Positions 18,921-31,138 of a DNA stretch of 64,000 nt are shown here, piece by piece. A model generated the notes under the pieces. That model was not told the origin of the DNA and did not search any database. It saw only the letters and a program-made list of their open reading frames with translations. The stretch is from a plasmid. Within the stretch, counting starts at the first letter, position 1, and each line of letters opens with the position of its first letter. Location: sequence record NZ_CP031103.1; one strand, 5' to 3'. The position numbers and the translations under genes are program-made.

Positions 18921-19153
18921 TCGGCTGGCTGAAGGAAAGGATCAAATGGTGGGTAGACGGTAAAGAAATGGCGGAGCTCAACCGCTGGCGCTTCCAGCAT
19001 AACTATTACCGCTTGTGCCTGTATGACATTCAGCCGATACGCGAAACGCTGGAAAGCCTGCAGGCCCGGGTAAACATGAAGTCCGTAGACTTCGGCCCTG
19101 GGCCTTATGGTGTAGACGGTATCCGGGCTCGCTGGCAGGCAACCCGTAAATAA
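18917..19153 (+). CDS. Hypothetical 78-aa protein, translationally coupled to the DHH gene
   Basis: ATGA start/stop overlap with the upstream gene. Trp-rich. Confidence 0.45.
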   Translation: MIGWLKERIKWWVDGKEMAELNRWRFQHNYYRLCLYDIQPIRETLESLQARVNMKSVDFGPGPYGVDGIRARWQATRK

Positions 19154-19333
19154 ATACGAAATAATATAATTGCATTACAAATAAGTCTTACTTGTAACTA
19201 TTATTGCGAGTAAGACTTTAATTATGCCGCCGTCTGCTGGCGATGGTAATAGCTATGCGTAATAACATCCGTATCTGCTTAATAACTTCTCTTTTAACGC
19301 TCTCTACGTTGAATAGTCATGCCTTCGATATTG

Positions 19334-20100
19334 GGTAATGACTCCAACTTATTGATAGTGTTTTATGTTCAGATAATGCCCGATGACTTTGTCATGCAGC
19401 TCCACCGATTTTGAGAACGACAGCGACTTCCGTCCCAGCCGTGCCAGGTGCTGCCTCAGATTCAGGTTATGCCGCTCAATTCGCTGCGTATATCGCTTGC
19501 TGATTACGTGCAGCTTTCCCTTCAGGCGGGATTCATACAGCGGCCAGCCATCCGTCATCCATATCACCACGTCAAAGGGTGACAGCAGGCTCATAAGACG
19601 CCCAGCGTCGCCATAGTGCGTTCACCGAATACGTGCGCAACAACCGTCTTCCGGAGCCTGTCATACGCGTAAAACAGCCAGCGCTGGCGCGATTTAGCCC
19701 CGACATAGCCCCACTGTTCGTCCATTTCCGCGCAGACGATGACGTCACTGCCCGGCTGTATGCGCGAGGTTACCGACTGCGGCCTGAGTTTTTTAAGTGA
19801 CGTAAAATCGTGTTGAGGCCAACGCCCATAATGCGGGCGGTTGCCCGGCATCCAACGCCATTCATGGCCATATCAATGATTTTCTGGTGCGTACCGGGTT
19901 GAGAAGCGGTGTAAGTGAACTGCAGTTGCCATGTTTTACGGCAGTGAGAGCAGAGATAGCGCTGATGTCCGGCGGTGCTTTTGCCGTTACGCACCACCCC
20001 GTCAGTAGCTGAACAGGAGGGACAGCTGATAGAAACAGAAGCCACAGGAGCACCTCAAAAATACCATCATACACTAAATCAGTAAGTTGGCAGCATCACC
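19334..20100 (-). mobile_element. IS1 copy 3 (767 bp, insB frameshifted by a 1-bp deletion)
   Basis: Nearly identical to copy 2 except gcccc->gccc at about 19600, which splits insB into ORFs 19349..19594 and 19591..19851. insA 19770..20045 is intact. Confidence 0.9.
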
Positions 20101-20201
20101 GAAGGCAGGATAGATTTGTTAATCGCGATCGGAGATCATCAGTCACAACAGAGCTCCCTGCGTTATGAGGGGTCGTCTCAGAATTCGGAAAATAAAGCAC
20201 G

Positions 20202-20657
20202 CTAAGGCGTAGTCACCCCGTGACTCCCCCGCGCCGATGCAGCGAGCTTCGTTCCGTCTTGCAGTGACGCAATCAGCGGGCAGGAAACGTTCCCTTTCCG
20301 CGCATGGCAGGCGCACACCAGTTCAGACAGCACGGCCTCCATGCGTGCCAAGTCGGCCATCTTCTCGCGCACATCCTTGAGCTTGTGCTCGGCCAGGCCG
20401 CTGGCTTCCTCGCAATGGGTGCCATCCTCCAGCCGCAGTAGCTCGGCGATTTCGTCCAGGCTAAAGCCCAGCCGCTGGGCCGATTTCACGAACCGCACTC
20501 GTGTTACATCCGCCTCGCCATAGCGGCGAATGCTGCCATAGGGCTTGTCTGGCTCCGGCAGCAGGCCCTTGCGCTGGTAGAACCGGATGGTCTCCACATT
20601 GACCCCGGCCGCCTTGGCAAAAACGCCAATGGTCAGATTCTCAAAATTAATTTGCAT
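20202..20657 (-). CDS. merR: MerR Hg(II)-responsive regulator
   Basis: MerR-family helix-turn-helix plus the C-terminal Cys triad. Divergent from merT. Confidence 0.9.
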   Translation of the reverse strand: MQINFENLTIGVFAKAAGVNVETIRFYQRKGLLPEPDKPYGSIRRYGEADVTRVRFVKSAQRLGFSLDEIAELLRLEDGTHCEEASGLAEHKLKDVREKMADLARMEAVLSELVCACHARKGNVSCPLIASLQDGTKLAASARGSHGVTTP

Positions 20658-20728
20658 ATCGCTTGACTCCGTACATAACTACGGAAGTAAGCTTAAGCTA
20701 TCCAAACCAAATTTGAAAGGACAAGCGT
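20658..20728. promoter_or_regulatory. mer operator/promoter (PmerT with MerR dyad)
   Basis: TTGACTccgtacataactacggaagTAAGCT: a 19-bp spacer containing the TCCGTAC..GTACGGA dyad. Confidence 0.8.
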
Positions 20729-21124
20729 ATGTCTGAACCACAAAAGTCTGAACCACAAAAGTCTGAACCACAAAAGTCTGAACCACAAAACGGGCGCGGC
20801 GCGCTCTTCGCCGGTGGGCTGGCCGCCATTCTTGCGTCGGCCTGCTGCCTGGGGCCGCTGGTTTTGATCGCCTTGGGGTTCAGCGGGGCATGGATCGGCA
20901 ACCTGACGGTGCTGGAACCCTATCGCCCGATCTTCATCGGCGCAGCGCTGGTCGCGCTGTTTTTCGCCTGGCGGCGCATCTACCGCCCGGCGCAAGCCTG
21001 CAAACCGGGTGAGGTCTGCGCGATTCCCCAAGTGCGAGCTACTTACAAGCTCATTTTCTGGATCGTGGCCGCGCTGGTCCTGGTCTCGCTCGGATTTCCC
21101 TACGTCATGCCATTTTTCTATTAA
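20729..21124 (+). CDS. merT: MerT mercuric ion transporter (N-terminus extended by tandem repeats)
   Basis: 131 aa, against about 116 aa for the canonical protein. The N-terminus MSEPQK SEPQK SEPQK SEPQN comes from four tandem 15-bp units. Confidence 0.9.
   Translation: MSEPQKSEPQKSEPQKSEPQNGRGALFAGGLAAILASACCLGPLVLIALGFSGAWIGNLTVLEPYRPIFIGAALVALFFAWRRIYRPAQACKPGEVCAIPQVRATYKLIFWIVAALVLVSLGFPYVMPFFY
20732..20791 (+). repeat. 4 x 15-bp perfect tandem repeat (tctgaaccacaaaag) inside the merT 5' end
   Basis: Units at 20732, 20747, 20762 and 20777; the last ends ...aac. Confidence 0.9.
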
Positions 21125-21139
21125 TCACAGGAGTTCATC

Positions 21140-21415
21140 ATGAAAAAACTGTTTGCCGCCCTCGCCCTCGCTGCCGTTGTTGCCCCCGTGTGGGCCGCCA
21201 CCCAGACCGTCACGCTGTCCGTGCCTGGCATGACCTGCGCCTCTTGCCCGATCACTGTCAAGCACGCGCTTTCCAAGGTTGAGGGCGTGAGCAAGACCGA
21301 CGTAAGTTTCGACAAGCGCCAGGCCGTCGTCACCTTCGACGATGCCAAGACCAACGTCCAGAAGTTGACCAAGGCGACCGAGGACGCGGGCTATCCGTCC
21401 AGCCTCAAACGCTGA
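21140..21415 (+). CDS. merP: MerP periplasmic Hg-binding protein
   Basis: Signal peptide plus the GMTCASC metal-binding motif. Confidence 0.95.
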   Translation: MKKLFAALALAAVVAPVWAATQTVTLSVPGMTCASCPITVKHALSKVEGVSKTDVSFDKRQAVVTFDDAKTNVQKLTKATEDAGYPSSLKR

Positions 21416-21442
21416 TCCGTTAACCGAACTCGGGAGCGACAC

Positions 21443-23592
<2,150 letters not shown>

Positions 23593-23609
23593 GGAAAAGG
23601 AGGTGTTCA

Positions 23610-23975
23610 ATGAGCGCCTACACAGTGTCCCGGCTGGCCCTTGATGCCGGGGTGAGCGTGCATATCGTGCGCGACTACCTGCTGCGCGGATTGCTACGGC
23701 CGGTCGCGTACACCACGGGCGGCTACGGCTTGTTCGATGACACCGCGTTGCAACGGCTGCGCTTTGTACGGGCTGCCTTCGAAGCGGGTATCGGCCTGGA
23801 CGCACTGGCGCGGCTGTGCCGGGCGCTGGATGCTGCGGACGGTGACGGTGCGTCTGCGCAGCTTGCCGTGTTGCGGCAACTCGTCGAGCGTCGGCGCGAG
23901 GCCCTGGCCAGCCTCGAAATGCAACTGGCCGCCATGCCAACCGAACCGGCACAGCACGCGGAGAGTCTGCCATGA
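23610..23975 (+). CDS. merD: MerD co-regulator
   Basis: MerR-like helix-turn-helix N-terminus [29 protein letters not shown] ribosome-binding site before the ATG at 23610. Confidence 0.85.
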
Positions 23976-24208
23976 ACAGCCCAGAGCACTTGCCGTCTGA
24001 GACGCACAAACCGATCACCGGCTACTTGTGGGGCGCGCTGGCCGTGCTCACCTGTCCCTGCCATTTGCCGATTCTCGCCATTGTGCTAGCCGGCACGACG
24101 GCCGGCGCGTTCATCGGGGAGCACTGGGGTATTGCAGCCCTCACGCTGACCGGCTTGTTTGTCCTGTCTGTGACGCGGCTGCTGCGGGCCTTCAAGGGAA
24201 GATCATGA
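23972..24208 (+). CDS. merE: MerE
   Basis: 78 aa, two transmembrane helices with a CPC motif. ATGA overlap with merD. Confidence 0.85.
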
Positions 24209-24273
24209 CCGCTTCCCAGCCAGCCGAGAGTGGGCAGCTTTGAGCTTCGCTACCAATCTGGAGGAGTACCACC

Positions 24274-24486
24274 ATGAACGCAAACGCCCCGAACACTGCC
24301 AGTTGCACCACCTGCTGCGTATGCTGCAAAGAAATTCCGCTCGATGCCGCCTTCACCCCGGAAGGCGCGGAATACGTCGAACATTTCTGCGGGCTGGATT
24401 GCTATGAACGCTTCCAGGCACGCGCCAAGGCCGCGACAGAATCTGACATTGCGCCTGTCCCTGGCGGTTCGCAGCCGTCAGATTGA
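24274..24486 (+). CDS. urf2 (orf2) of Tn21-family mer transposons
   Basis: Cys-rich 70-aa ORF between merE and res. Confidence 0.6.
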   Translation: MNANAPNTASCTTCCVCCKEIPLDAAFTPEGAEYVEHFCGLDCYERFQARAKAATESDIAPVPGGSQPSD

Positions 24487-24615
24487 GGCATACCCTAACT
24501 TGATGTCAGATGCCATGTGCAAACGATGTCAGAATAGAGTTAAATTTCCTATTGATTGACATATTCCGTCAAAGGTAATAGATTTCATCCTGACACTTTT
24601 GCCTTTGGAGGCATC
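24487..24615. promoter_or_regulatory. res site (resolvase binding subsites I-III) upstream of tnpR
   Basis: Repeated TGTCAGA, TGTCAGGA and TGACA motifs in about 130 bp directly upstream of tnpR. Confidence 0.6.
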
Positions 24616-25173
24616 TTGCAAGGTCAACGCATCGGCTATGTCCGCGTCAGCAGCTTCGACCAGAACCCGGAACGGCAATTGGAGGGTGTTCAGGTGGCGC
24701 GGGTGTTCACCGACAAGGCTTCTGGCAAGGACACCCAGCGTCCCGAGCTGGAAAGGCTGCTGGCCTTCGTCCGCGAGGGCGACACCGTGGTGGTGCATAG
24801 CATGGACAGGCTGGCACGCAACCTTGATGACCTGCGCCGCATCGTCCAAGGGCTGACACAACGGGGCGTGCGCATGGAGTTCGTCAAAGAAGGGCTGAAG
24901 TTCACCGGCGAGGACTCACCGATGGCCAATCTGATGCTGTCGGTCATGGGAGCCTTCGCTGAGTTCGAGCGCGCCCTGATCCGCGAACGTCAGCGCGAGG
25001 GAATCGTGCTGGCCAAGCAGCGCGGTGCCTACCGGGGACGAAAGAAATCGCTGAACAGCGAACAAATTGCCGAGTTGAAACGGCGAGTTGCGGCAGGCGA
25101 CCAAAAAACCTTGGTGGCCCGTGACTTCGGCATCAGCCGCGAAACCTTGTACCAGTACCTGCGGGAAGACTGA
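24616..25173 (+). CDS. tnpR: TnpR serine resolvase (Tn501/Tn21 type)
   Basis: Probable TTG start after GGAGG, giving (M)[20 protein letters not shown]. Catalytic Ser and a C-terminal helix-turn-helix. Confidence 0.9.
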   Translation: MQGQRIGYVRVSSFDQNPERQLEGVQVARVFTDKASGKDTQRPELERLLAFVREGDTVVVHSMDRLARNLDDLRRIVQGLTQRGVRMEFVKEGLKFTGEDSPMANLMLSVMGAFAEFERALIRERQREGIVLAKQRGAYRGRKKSLNSEQIAELKRRVAAGDQKTLVARDFGISRETLYQYLRED

Positions 25174-25175
25174 CC

Positions 25176-28148
25176 ATGCCACGCCGCTCAATCCTGTCCG
25201 CCACCGAGCGCGAAAGCCTGCTGGCACTGCCAGATGCCAAAGACGAACTGATACGGCACTACATGTTCAACGAAACCGACCTGTCGGTGATCCGTCAGCG
25301 TCGCGGCGCCGCGAATCGATTGGGCTTCGCTGTGCAGCTTTGCTACTTGCGATTCCCTGGCACCTTTTTGGGCGTCGATGAGCCTCCGTTTCCGCCCCTG
25401 TTGCGCATGGTGACCGCGCAACTCAAGATGCCAGTGGAAAGTTGGAGCGAGTACGGCCAGCGCGAACAGACACGGCGGGAGCACTTGGTCGAGCTGCAAA
25501 CGGTTTTTGGGTTCAAGCCCCTCACCATGAGCCACTATCGGCAAGCCGTGCATACATTGACCGAGCTGGCCTTGCAGACCGACAAAGGCATCGTGCTGGC
25601 GAGCGCACTTGTCGAGAATCTGCGGCGGCAGAGCATTATCCTGCCCGCCATGAATGCCATCGAGCGCGCAAGCGCCGAGGCCATCACCCGTGCCAACCGA
25701 CGCATTTACGCGGCGCTGACCGATTCTTTGTTATCACCCCACCGTCAGCGCCTGGACGAACTTCTCAAGCGCAAGGACGGCAGTAAAGTGACGTGGCTGG
25801 CATGGCTGCGCCAGTCGCCTGCCAAACCGAACTCTCGCCACATGCTCGAACATATTGAGCGCCTGAAATCCTGGCAAGCACTTGATCTGCCCGCAGGCAT
25901 CGAGCGGCAGGTTCACCAGAACCGCCTGCTCAAAATCGCTCGTGAAGGTGGCCAGATGACGCCTGCTGATCTGGCAAAGTTCGAGGTGCAACGACGCTAT
26001 GCCACGCTGGTAGCGCTGGCCATCGAAGGCATGGCCACCGTCACCGATGAAATCATCGACCTTCACGATCGCATCATCGGCAAGCTGTTCAACGCGGCCA
26101 AGAACAAGCATCAGCAGCAGTTCCAGGCTTCCGGCAAGGCGATCAACGACAAGGTGCGGATGTATGGGCGCATCGGTCAAGCGTTGATTGAGGCCAAGCA
26201 AAGCGGCAGCGATCCGTTCGCCGCCATCGAGGCCGTTATGCCCTGGGACACCTTCGCCGCCAGCGTCACCGAAGCGCAAACATTGGCGCGGCCTGCCGAC
26301 TTTGATTTCCTGCACCACATCGGTGAAAGCTATGCCACGCTACGCCGCTACGCGCCGCAGTTCCTGGGCGTGCTCAAATTGCGGGCTGCGCCCGCCGCCA
26401 AGGGTGTGCTCGATGCCATCGACATGCTGCGCGGCATGAACAGCGACAGCGCGCGCAAGGTGCCCGCCGATGCGCCAACCGCATTCATCAAGCCGCGCTG
26501 GGCAAAGCTGGTTCTGACCGACGACGGCATCGACCGGCGTTACTACGAGTTATGCGCCCTGTCGGAGCTGAAGAACGCGCTGCGCTCCGGTGATGTCTGG
26601 GTGCAGGGTTCTCGCCAGTTCAAGGACTTCGACGAATACCTGGTGCCGGTCGAGAAGTTCGCCACTTTGAAGCTGGCCAGCGAATTGCCGCTGGCAGTGG
26701 CCACCGACTGCGACCAATACCTGCATGACCGGTTGGAATTGTTGGAGGCGCAACTCGCCACAGTCAACCGCATGGCTGCGGCCAACGACTTACCGGATGC
26801 CATCATCACCACCGCGTCAGGCCTGAAGATCACGCCGCTGGACGCGGCAGTACCAGACGCCGCGCAAGCCATGATCGACCAGACAGCTATGCTGCTGCCG
26901 CACCTCAAAATCACCGAGTTGCTGATGGAGGTCGATGAATGGACGGGCTTCACCCGCCACTTCACACACCTGAAGACCAGCGACACGGCCAAGGACAAAA
27001 CCTTGCTGTTGACGACGATCCTGGCCGACGCGATCAACCTGGGTCTGACCAAAATGGCCGAGTCCTGCCCTGGCACCACCTACGCCAAGCTGTCTTGGCT
27101 GCAAGCCTGGCACATCCGCGATGAAACCTATTCGACGGCGCTGGCCGAGCTGGTGAATGCGCAGTTTCGGCAACCCTTCGCCGGCAACTGGGGTGACGGC
27201 ACCACGTCATCGTCGGACGGCCAGAACTTCAGAACCGGCAGCAAAGCAGAAAGCACTGGTCATATCAACCCGAAGTATGGAAGCAGTCCAGGACGGACTT
27301 TCTACACCCATATCTCCGACCAGTACGCGCCCTTCAGTGCCAAGGTGGTCAACGTGGGCATTCGTGATTCAACTTACGTGCTTGATGGCCTGCTGTACCA
27401 CGAGTCGGACTTGCGCATCGAGGAACACTACACCGACACGGCAGGCTTCACCGATCACGTGTTTGGCTTGATGCATTTGCTGGGATTTCGCTTCGCGCCG
27501 CGTATCCGTGACTTGGGCGAAACCAAGCTATTCATCCCCAAGGGCGATGCCGCCTATGACGCGCTCAAGCCGATGATTAGCAGCGACAGGCTGAACATCA
27601 AGCAAATACGCGCCCATTGGGATGAAATTCTGCGGCTGGCCACCTCCATCAAGCAAGGCACGGTAACGGCTTCGCTGATGCTGCGCAAACTCGGCAGCTA
27701 CCCGCGCCAGAACGGCTTGGCCGTGGCGTTGCGCGAGCTGGGGCGCATCGAGCGCACGCTGTTCATTTTGGATTGGCTGCAAAGCGTGGAGCTGCGCCGC
27801 CGCGTCCATGCGGGGCTGAATAAGGGCGAGGCGCGCAACGCGCTGGCCAGGGCGGTCTTCTTCTACCGATTGGGTGAAATCCGCGACCGCAGTTTTGAGC
27901 AGCAGCGCTACCGGGCCAGCGGCCTCAATCTGGTGACGGCGGCCATCGTGTTGTGGAACACGGTATATCTGGAGCGTGCCACCAGTGCTTTGCGTGGCAA
28001 CGGCACGGCGCTGGACGACACATTGTTGCAATATCTGTCGCCGCTGGGGTGGGAGCACATCAACCTGACCGGCGATTACCTATGGCGCAGCAGCGCCAAG
28101 GTCGGTGCGGGGAAGTTTAGGCCATTGCGACCGCTGCCACCGGCTTAG
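25176..28148 (+). CDS. tnpA: Tn3-family transposase TnpA
   Basis: 990 aa. Its stop lies immediately before IRtnp. Confidence 0.95.
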   Translation: MPRRSILSATERESLLALPDAKDELIRHYMFNETDLSVIRQRRGAANRLGFAVQLCYLRFPGTFLGVDEPPFPPLLRMVTAQLKMPVESWSEYGQREQTRREHLVELQTVFGFKPLTMSHYRQAVHTLTELALQTDKGIVLASALVENLRRQSIILPAMNAIERASAEAITRANRRIYAALTDSLLSPHRQRLDELLKRKDGSKVTWLAWLRQSPAKPNSRHMLEHIERLKSWQALDLPAGIERQVHQNRLLKIAREGGQMTPADLAKFEVQRRYATLVALAIEGMATVTDEIIDLHDRIIGKLFNAAKNKHQQQFQASGKAINDKVRMYGRIGQALIEAKQSGSDPFAAIEAVMPWDTFAASVTEAQTLARPADFDFLHHIGESYATLRRYAPQFLGVLKLRAAPAAKGVLDAIDMLRGMNSDSARKVPADAPTAFIKPRWAKLVLTDDGIDRRYYELCALSELKNALRSGDVWVQGSRQFKDFDEYLVPVEKFATLKLASELPLAVATDCDQYLHDRLELLEAQLATVNRMAAANDLPDAIITTASGLKITPLDAAVPDAAQAMIDQTAMLLPHLKITELLMEVDEWTGFTRHFTHLKTSDTAKDKTLLLTTILADAINLGLTKMAESCPGTTYAKLSWLQAWHIRDETYSTALAELVNAQFRQPFAGNWGDGTTSSSDGQNFRTGSKAESTGHINPKYGSSPGRTFYTHISDQYAPFSAKVVNVGIRDSTYVLDGLLYHESDLRIEEHYTDTAGFTDHVFGLMHLLGFRFAPRIRDLGETKLFIPKGDAAYDALKPMISSDRLNIKQIRAHWDEILRLATSIKQGTVTASLMLRKLGSYPRQNGLAVALRELGRIERTLFILDWLQSVELRRRVHAGLNKGEARNALARAVFFYRLGEIRDRSFEQQRYRASGLNLVTAAIVLWNTVYLERATSALRGNGTALDDTLLQYLSPLGWEHINLTGDYLWRSSAKVGAGKFRPLRPLPPA

Positions 28149-28160
28149 CGTGCTTTATTT

Positions 28161-29487
28161 AATGAGATGGTCACTCCCTCCTTCCCGGTACTATGCTGAG
28201 GACAGGCTTTCATTCGGAGAACTATCATGGAAAACATTGCGCTCATTGGTATCGATCTGGGTAAAAACTCTTTCCATATTCATTGCCAGGATCGTCGCGG
28301 GAAGGCTGTTTACCGTAAAAAATTTACCCGGCCAAAGTTGATCGAATTTTTGGCGACATGCCCCGCTACAACCATCGCAATGGAAGCCTGTGGCGGTTCT
28401 CACTTTATGGCACGCAAGTTGGAAGAGTTGGGGCATTCCCCAAAGCTGATATCACCACAATTTGTCCGCCCGTTCGTTAAAAGCAATAAAAACGACTTTG
28501 TCGACGCCGAAGCTATTTGTGAAGCTGCATCGCGTCCGTCTATGCGTTTTGTGCAGCCCAGAACGGAATCTCAGCAGGCAATGCGGGCTCTGCATCGTGT
28601 CCGTGAATCCCTGGTTCAGGATAAGGTAAAAACAACCAATCAAATGCATGCTTTTCTGCTGGAATTTGGCATTAGCGTTCCCCGAGGAGCTGCCGTTATT
28701 AGCCGACTGAGTACCATTCTTGAGGATAATAGTTTGCCTCTTTACCTCAGCCAGTTATTGCTGAAATTACAACAGCATTATCACTATCTTGTTGAGCAGA
28801 TTAAAGATTTGGAATCCCAGTTGAAACGAAAGTTGGACGAAGATGAGGTTGGACAGCGCTTGCTGAGCATTCCCTGCGTCGGAACACTGACAGCGAGTAC
28901 TATTTCAACTGAGATTGGCGACGGGAAGCAGTACGCCAGCAGCCGTGACTTTGCGGCGGCAACAGGGCTTGTACCTCGGCAGTACAGCACGGGAGGTAGG
29001 ACGACATTGCTGGGAATTAGTAAGCGAGGTAATAAAAAGATCCGAACTTTGTTGGTTCAATGTGCCAGGGTATTCATACAAAAACTGGAACACCAGTCTG
29101 GCAAATTGGCCGATTGGGTCAGGGATTTACTGTGCCGGAAAAGCAACTTTGTCGTCACTTGTGCTCTGGCAAACAAGCTGGCCAGAATAGCCTGGGCCCT
29201 AACGGCACGACAGCAAACTTATGTAGCATAACGGCAGAAATACACCGGTTTAAAGAATTACTGATCTGGTTTTGCGAATACTGATATTGATGATACTAAC
29301 GGCCCACCGGCCTGTTGAGGAACCTGTAAAACGGAAAGGCTCATTGAAGCCGTATATTTTCTGGAGGTTCATCAGGCGCGGAACTCATCAAGGCGCGGGA
29401 ATAAAATCCCATTCAGACGCCGGATAGATTCAAGCAAGCCAACTTGTCGTCAAAATCGGTGTTGCAAAAACGGGAGTGACCATAGAT
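28161..29487 (+). mobile_element. IS110-family IS (IS4321/IS5075-like, 1327 bp) inserted at the characteristic position inside the 38-bp IRtnp
   Basis: The 38-bp inverted repeat is split at CTTTATTT|TCCG. This size and target are characteristic of IS4321/IS5075. Confidence 0.85.
28227..29231 (+). CDS. IS110-family transposase (DEDD)
   Basis: 334 aa beginning MENIALIGIDLGKNSFHIHCQD, an N-terminal RuvC-like DEDD domain. Confidence 0.9.
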   Translation: MENIALIGIDLGKNSFHIHCQDRRGKAVYRKKFTRPKLIEFLATCPATTIAMEACGGSHFMARKLEELGHSPKLISPQFVRPFVKSNKNDFVDAEAICEAASRPSMRFVQPRTESQQAMRALHRVRESLVQDKVKTTNQMHAFLLEFGISVPRGAAVISRLSTILEDNSLPLYLSQLLLKLQQHYHYLVEQIKDLESQLKRKLDEDEVGQRLLSIPCVGTLTASTISTEIGDGKQYASSRDFAAATGLVPRQYSTGGRTTLLGISKRGNKKIRTLLVQCARVFIQKLEHQSGKLADWVRDLLCRKSNFVVTCALANKLARIAWALTARQQTYVA

Positions 29488-29936
29488 TCCGTTTTCTGAG
29501 ACGACCCCTACACGCTCGTAAGCGGCCCTGACGGCCCGCATAACGCGGAGATACGCCCCGACTGCGGCTCTGCCTTGTCGGGACCACTCCGACCGCGCAC
29601 AGAAGCACCTGAGTCGCTACAGGCGGGTATGGCTTATCAGGGCGAAGGGATGGATTGGTGGAAACTATCAACTCTGTAGCCGGCTTCGCCGGGTGACGGC
29701 GCCATTCAGTAGCAGAGACATCCTCAGCAACTGCTGGCGCCTCCATGCGCCTGCAGCGCATCACAAACCCACCATATTTATACTTTTAAATCATGAGATT
29801 ATTGATCCTCAGGATGATTTAATGCGATATGCTCACCGGCGTGACCTGGTGAAAGCGTCACCACCTTCAGTAAACCGTTTCGTCCGGGCGGCCTTAAGCA
29901 TCACCTGATTCTGGCTCGCCTGGTAAACCCGTATCG

Positions 29937-30950
29937 ATGAACTGCAGAAAGGAGTTGCCTGTGGCAGATAATTCAGGAAGGAGAGGTTCTGTTGAAATAC
30001 CCGAGATCGTCAGAGCACCGGCATGGCGCAGGGTTCTTGACTGGTCGCGTGAGGAGCTGCTGCACCGCCTTGGGCAGCCGGCAGGGCTTGAACGAGTAAT
30101 AAAAACCGGCGTGCTGGTTCCCTGTTCCATAACACCACCTGCGGATACGTTCTGGACACGGTCAGTAACCGCCTGGGATACGTGGCTGGATCCTTCATCT
30201 TCTTATTTTGCCCGCCCCTATACGCTTGATTACCGTAAACCCGACGGCACAGGCCATCTTGAAGGGCATCTGATTACGATCCCGGAGGCTGAAAATCTTA
30301 TTCAGGAAGAGACAATTCACGATTTTCAGTGTGACATCAGTTTACTGAGAGGGATGTCCAGTTCGAAATCAGAGAGCCATAACATCACCGATATTAACGA
30401 TCTTGCGGTGCTGCGCAGTCCCGAACTGGCCGAACCCGTCACCCCGGAACATCTTCAGGAGAATATGTCTCATGGCGGGTTGCGCCTCGATCAGATGCGG
30501 TTTGCGGAGTATCCGTGGTCTGAACGCCGGTACTACTGGCACAATAACGACGGCTCCCATCATTTCAGCGCTGCCCGCTATCAGGCTGGTCGCCTGCAGC
30601 AGCCTGTTCCGCTGACAGGGGCGCTGCGCCGCTACAGTGTGAATGTGCAGATGGTGCCTGTATTGCGTAACAAATGGCAGATGTTTGTGATCCCGAAGGA
30701 AGAACTGTTCGGCAGTTTTTATGAATCAATGAAAGCCTTTGAAAGCCCGTTTGCCTGGTCAGCGTTACCTGAGAACATGCACGATCCGAGGACGAGTGGC
30801 ACAGAGTTGTGCATCGTATGGCTGGAAAGGGATAATGCCAGAGCATGTTCCGCGGCAAACGTTCTGGCCAGATATGGATTCCCGGACTTCGGCGAGATGC
30901 TGACAGAACTTGCCAGATACGGGCAAAGGGATTCAGTGCTGGCCGGTTAG
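29937..30950 (+). CDS. Hypothetical 337-aa protein (possible partner of the downstream ART-like protein)
   Basis: Long ORF with no motif I can recognise. The true start may be an internal Met. Confidence 0.4.
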   Translation: MNCRKELPVADNSGRRGSVEIPEIVRAPAWRRVLDWSREELLHRLGQPAGLERVIKTGVLVPCSITPPADTFWTRSVTAWDTWLDPSSSYFARPYTLDYRKPDGTGHLEGHLITIPEAENLIQEETIHDFQCDISLLRGMSSSKSESHNITDINDLAVLRSPELAEPVTPEHLQENMSHGGLRLDQMRFAEYPWSERRYYWHNNDGSHHFSAARYQAGRLQQPVPLTGALRRYSVNVQMVPVLRNKWQMFVIPKEELFGSFYESMKAFESPFAWSALPENMHDPRTSGTELCIVWLERDNARACSAANVLARYGFPDFGEMLTELARYGQRDSVLAG

Positions 30951-31138
30951 TTGTCGCTTTTTTGCTTCTTCCGCCAGGCTGAAAGTTCTGTACATCCCTT
31001 ACGGCCATGGGTTTTCGCTAAATGGAACTAAATTATCCTAAGTTATTCTCAATGTAGGATAATTTCCGAATTCCGGGCGGACCCCAGTTAGCATATCGTC
31101 ACGGAGTGCATGGCTCCTCTTAACAGAAGGTATATTCA

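Noticed and set aside
18105-19000. 238-aa and 197-aa minus-strand ORFs overlapping the DHH phosphoesterase gene
   Set aside because: Arg-rich antisense translations of a GC-rich gene. The plus-strand product carries clear DHH/DHHA1 motifs.
20693-21031. 112-aa minus-strand ORF containing LLWFR x4 repeats
   Set aside because: It is the reverse-complement reading of the merT 15-bp tandem repeat, not a separate gene.
25188-28058. Multiple 100-190-aa ORFs on the minus strand within tnpA
   Set aside because: They lie fully inside the 990-aa Tn3-family transposase gene. They are compositionally biased and have no ribosome-binding sites.
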